The position numbers and the translations under genes were made by a program. The notes beneath the pieces were generated by a model, which saw only the letters and a program-made list of their open reading frames with translations, did no database searches and was not told the DNA's origin. Shown here in pieces: positions 59,993 through 64,000 of a DNA stretch of 64,000 nucleotides (position 1 is its first letter; the number at the start of each line of letters is the position of its first letter). The stretch comes from Phallusia mammillata. Its lineage: Eukaryota. Where the stretch lies: assembly GCA_965637545.1 (NCBI GenBank), contig OZ281498.1, positions 7,440,001-7,504,000 on the forward strand. Direction: 5' to 3'.

Positions 59993-62900
59993 CTACTACG
60001 TATATAATGAACTTAATTGAGGTATGAATTCATTGCGGGCACACTAAGTTCTTTTTAAAAGAGGCATAGTGGTTGCCCTGGTTACGAAATGCAAGGCTGT
60101 TTTTTTTGTATTGTATGTTCGGCCTCCCAATTTTTACAAGATATCAGTAAATCTAATATGTATATTGGTTCATGAGACCTTGAGATTTCTTTTGTGGGAC
60201 GCAAAACGCATTGGCATTTCCCAAAGAGTATGAATCCCTGGAATCTGAACGGCTTGAATGAAGAACTGGGATTCTTAGGATCTGACAGTTTTAAGCATCA
60301 AAAAGTAGGCGGATTATAGTGTTAGTGAACCGACAACACTGTGCAAAATCACATCACAAGTGTATACATTTGTGCAGGTAACACGCAATGCTTGACTGCA
60401 CAAATGTTTTTAGATTGTGCTATAACGTCGTGCGAGTATCTTGGATTTCATTTTCATCAAACAGGCTAATTTTACTTACCCAAGGAAGTACTGTCTTCTT
60501 CCAAAAGCAAGAAATGACGAAGATGTGAACGGCAAGTTTTTTCAGCCAACATCACCAATAAGCCAAGGACAAGACACAAAGAACCTGCAGAAGCAATACA
60601 ATTTCGCAAAGTTTTAGTGTACTACGGTATATATGTGACAGCATCAAGCACCGTAAAGAGGTTTACAGTCGGTTTTGACTCGTTTATGCCATGACCACTT
60701 TCAAATATAAAATTCAAACCATGTTTAATTTCGTAAACACTGTCGCAAAAAAAAACAATTCTGAAAAAGTTTTGAGTTTAACAGTAAGTTGGCAACTTGT
60801 GTGAGTGTAACAATGTGAAAACGATGTACCAAAGCAGGTAAATCATGTTCCATCACAAAAGAAATGTCAAATCTATTTCTTTTTTATTTTAACCCTATGG
60901 GGCCTTTCCCCTGGTACGATTCCTCGCCGTATGACAAAAGTTTGGCTTAGCACAGGAGTTGTAAGTCGGGGTGGGATTCTCAGGTCGGATTTGGGTTTGG
61001 TCTTGATTGGGGCCTGACTTTACACTCTAATTTCAGCCGCGATTTTATCAATTTTTGGTCCTAATTCGCGCCTTGTTTTAAAAATATCGGGATGGGGTTG
61101 TATATTCGGTTTTGGGCAGGAATTGAGACCCAATCTTACTACCGTTAACAGCTCTGTCTTAGCATTTTCATTAGTAAGTTTTTGTGATCCAAACTGTTTT
61201 AAAGTTCCGTTAATACAAACCGAATATACCAAGAAACACTGTTATGGCAACGGGGAAATTACTAAACTCACCGACAGAAAGGCAGAGCCAGAAGCTCCAT
61301 CCATATTCAGGAGTGAGAATCGCCGAGTCATCATAACCCAAGTGTATCATTAAACTTCGTCCATGTGAATTAATGCTCGTAAAGGCAAGATTGGCACCAA
61401 GCATTAAAAGACCAGTAAAGGACAAAACCATTCCCCCGTACCACATCACCGAAAACAGCATAAAGTTGGCGACGAGCCAGGAAACGAAAGCCGTCCTGTA
61501 AAAAATACTTGAGGTTGAGGATAATTTTAACAACAAACACAAAGCCAATACACGAAAAATCTGGTTATTGTCAAGCTTGTTTATGCAATTACCAGAAATA
61601 TGCGAGTAACCAGGCGATTTTCTTAACAAATGGCTGCGTTTGGGATTTACAATCCGTATGTAGTTAATACAGGTGTGCCATTAACCGGATTTGGGTTCAT
61701 ATAAAATTTCGAATAAATCATGACATTCATTTGACACTTTGAATAGTTTAAAACTATAAATCACAGTACGCCAGGCCCATTGAGGGCGCCATACCGAGTT
61801 AGCCGGTCACCAAGCATGCACAACCATACGGCAAGGCGTAGGCTGGAGAAAAACTACGACATGAGTCTGTTTTATTCTGTGAGTGTAATGATACTGTGAC
61901 AAACATTAGTTATATTTAAATGCAACGGATACCCTAATTACGTAACGAGTCTACATCATTTTTTTTCTTACTGGTTGACTTTCTTAATTTAACTTAACCA
62001 TGTGTAATTAAATTTTGTTGGACAATAGCAATAAAACAGACAAAACTAGCGAATGAAACACATGTGAAGGCAAACAGAACCAAAAAAGATTCAGTCGATT
62101 CTGAAAACAAAGCTTTATACTTGTCACACAATGCAAATCAACAACGTGACAGAAATTCGTTGGTTTGCAAAAAGTGGGTTTGCTGCAAAACTAAGATTTG
62201 TGCTTTTTTAAGCCACTTGTACGGCTCCAAACTCTGAAGAAAGTACATTATAACTATTTTTTCCTATATACCGCAAATTTTGGTTTCTAAGTGCCATGGA
62301 ACCAATTTATCCATGCAGCACCAATGTGGCTTTATTTTTATGATACACTAACTAATTGGCTACTTTAAGGTTTAGTGACCATTGTGTAATATGAACGATT
62401 GTATTGTGTACTGTAGAGTGTCATTAACGTGATGAAAAAGTCGCAAATGTGACGTAACACGTCTTGTAAGTGGTAATAACATTTCTGGAAGAGCAAACTA
62501 TTGTTTACGCAGTACGTCTGGTAGCAATAATGTATGAGTGCCAACTTTATCGACGTCAATACCCGTATGAATAATAATAATAATGGATTGGTAACATTAT
62601 TAGTGGATAAAGTAGTGCCAAATGCTAAATCAAATTTATGCCGAAAACAATCAATTTACTGCGTCATTCTGTTAATTGAGACTGATATTTACAAATAATC
62701 CCTTGATTTGGCATAAATCGATATGAAGCAGGCATCATTGCTTAGGGCTGCTGAGAGAAAAAGTGGAAAACACCCTGAGGGCCCAAAAGTGCCAAAGTTA
62801 GCATTATCCAGGATCACAGCGGGTTAAAAACCAAATTTATCTTTGCCAGGAATTCACCTAACGAGCGACTGGTTTAGCTGTGCATGGGTTATTAGAAAGC

Positions 62901-63449
62901 CCCTTCAAACGCACAATGCGCCATGTTTGAAATGGGTATTTACTCTAAACCACAAAAACCCGTTTGATGTTTTCTTGTTTCGTTCGTTTGTCTCAATTGT
63001 CTGACATGGAGCTTAAAGAATGGTTTGAAACACGAAAAAGTTGGTAGAAAACACCCGTTACAGTGGTAGGAACACACCCGCTAGTTAACAGTTAAACGAA
63101 CAGTTTGAAACTGCGATTTTTAAACGGCTTTCAGAGATAACAATAGTAGGACACAACAAAGACATAAAACTGCTTCGTTTAAATTCAATAGTTCCAATTT
63201 AAGCCTGAAGCATGCATGGTTGGGGCAAAAAAGAAGATCCAACTCACCATAGTAGATAAGTGCCATAATGTCCAGCGATCCAATACCGCCTTCCCCACAG
63301 CCACAGGGAATTCACTCGATTCACACTGAAATGTTCGACCACGTTAATAATAGGAAAGGGGAGTCCCCGTCGCAGTACGTCATCGATTGCCGCATCCGTC
63401 TCGAGAAAGTAAAATTCCTCGCTGAAGGTGAGATTACGACCGGGTACAT
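59697..63449 (-). CDS. DUOXA: Dual oxidase maturation factor, 5'-truncated by the window edge; complement(join(63449..63248,61495..61272,60584..60480,59992..59697))
   Basis: RGLPFPIINVVEHFS...WGRRYWIAGHYGTYLLW|TAFVSWLVANFML...YGWSFWLCLSVG|SLCLVLGLLVML matches DUOXA1/2; intron positions and phases correspond to those of vertebrate DUOXA. Confidence 0.9.
60480..60584 (-). CDS. DUOXA: DUOXA exon (end of last transmembrane helix)
   Basis: GSLCLVLGLLVMLAEKTCRSHLRHFLLLEEDSTSL; phase 1-1. Confidence 0.88.
60956..61144. repeat. Probable MITE related to 43979-44076
   Basis: Imperfect TIR GTTGTAAG/CTTACTAC; internal GGTTTGG motifs. Confidence 0.35.
61272..61495 (-). CDS. DUOXA: DUOXA exon (transmembrane region)
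   Basis: WTAFVSWLVANFML...TPEYGWSFWLCLSV; phase 2 to 1. Confidence 0.92.
63248..63449 (-). CDS. DUOXA: DUOXA exon (lumenal loop)
   Basis: DVPGRNLTFSEEF...RGLPFPII...AGHYGTYLLW; phase 1 to 2. Confidence 0.92.
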
Positions 63450-64000
63450 CTGAATAAATTGAAGTTCGTGTTATTTCGGGCATTTCATGTTTTTGAAAAG
63501 CTAACTTTAAAAGGCGGAAGAGCTTGATCAGCATTTTTTGCATTAAACCCTAAGTTTAGTATGGCTGGCATATGTCATGCTACGTGATACAAAAGTTGTA
63601 ATATGTTACACGCGTTTACTCACGTTTTCGCTATGTTATAAAATATACAGGTGGCTCAATGATAAAGTATTTTATACAATAATGACCCTATTACTTTCAG
63701 CCAATCTTGCTTTTTTAGAAAAAAAGGAATAAGAGGGCAACGGAAAAATATGCCTTTGTTTTTGGTTGGAGTGAAAGTTTTAAGCAAATCTTTTCCCATG
63801 TCAAACAAAATTGGGGAACTAGCGACTACATGCCAGTCTTTCCAGAGTGAAACGAACTTACTACGATCACCCTAAAACCGATTGCTTTTCCAACCAATTG
63901 TAATAATGTATAACACGCCTTTTCAGTTCGGTATGGACCTGCAGTTAACAGTTGTTGCAATCTTTATTTACAATGTAAAAACCGGCATATAAAATCCAGA

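Noticed and set aside
63862-63937. Candidate upstream DUOXA exon ending in GTAAGT
   Set aside because: The only open frame ends in phase 0 (phase 1 needed) and lacks the expected VGLxxVNITL motif.
1-64000. CRISPR arrays, rRNA, intact tRNA genes, autonomous transposases, prokaryotic operons
   Set aside because: None seen; the window is spliced eukaryotic DNA.

Overview
This is eukaryotic, AT-rich, intron-containing DNA, most likely from an ascidian tunicate. That is an inference from the chordate-type MyBP-C gene and two exact copies of the 16-nt Ciona-type spliced-leader (SL) sequence. I reconstructed three genes by reading splice sites and checking phases by hand. (1) A RASSF9/RASSF10-like gene on + (4 coding exons, 5170-15790, ~1355 aa, about 2.5x longer than vertebrate orthologues). 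(2) A myosin-binding protein C gene on - (29 exon positions, ~58308 to ~21772, ~1190-1210 aa, domains C1-M-C2...C10, no C0) with a pair of mutually exclusive exons for the second half of Ig domain C5. (3) The 3' part of a dual oxidase maturation factor (DUOXA) gene on -, cut by the window edge. Introns contain hAT-type MITEs (five with 8-bp TSDs), a decayed non-LTR RT fragment and a tRNA-like relic. The most unusual signals are: exact SL copies next to the acceptors of the two longest introns (one sense with a GT donor, one antisense); two inverted hammerhead-ribozyme loci flanking MyBP-C exon 14; the duplicated C5 exons; and clusters of TGACGTCA palindromes. No prokaryotic features (CRISPR, operons, rRNA) were seen. 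All coordinates were read by eye and need RNA-seq confirmation; the terminal MyBP-C exons are the least certain.
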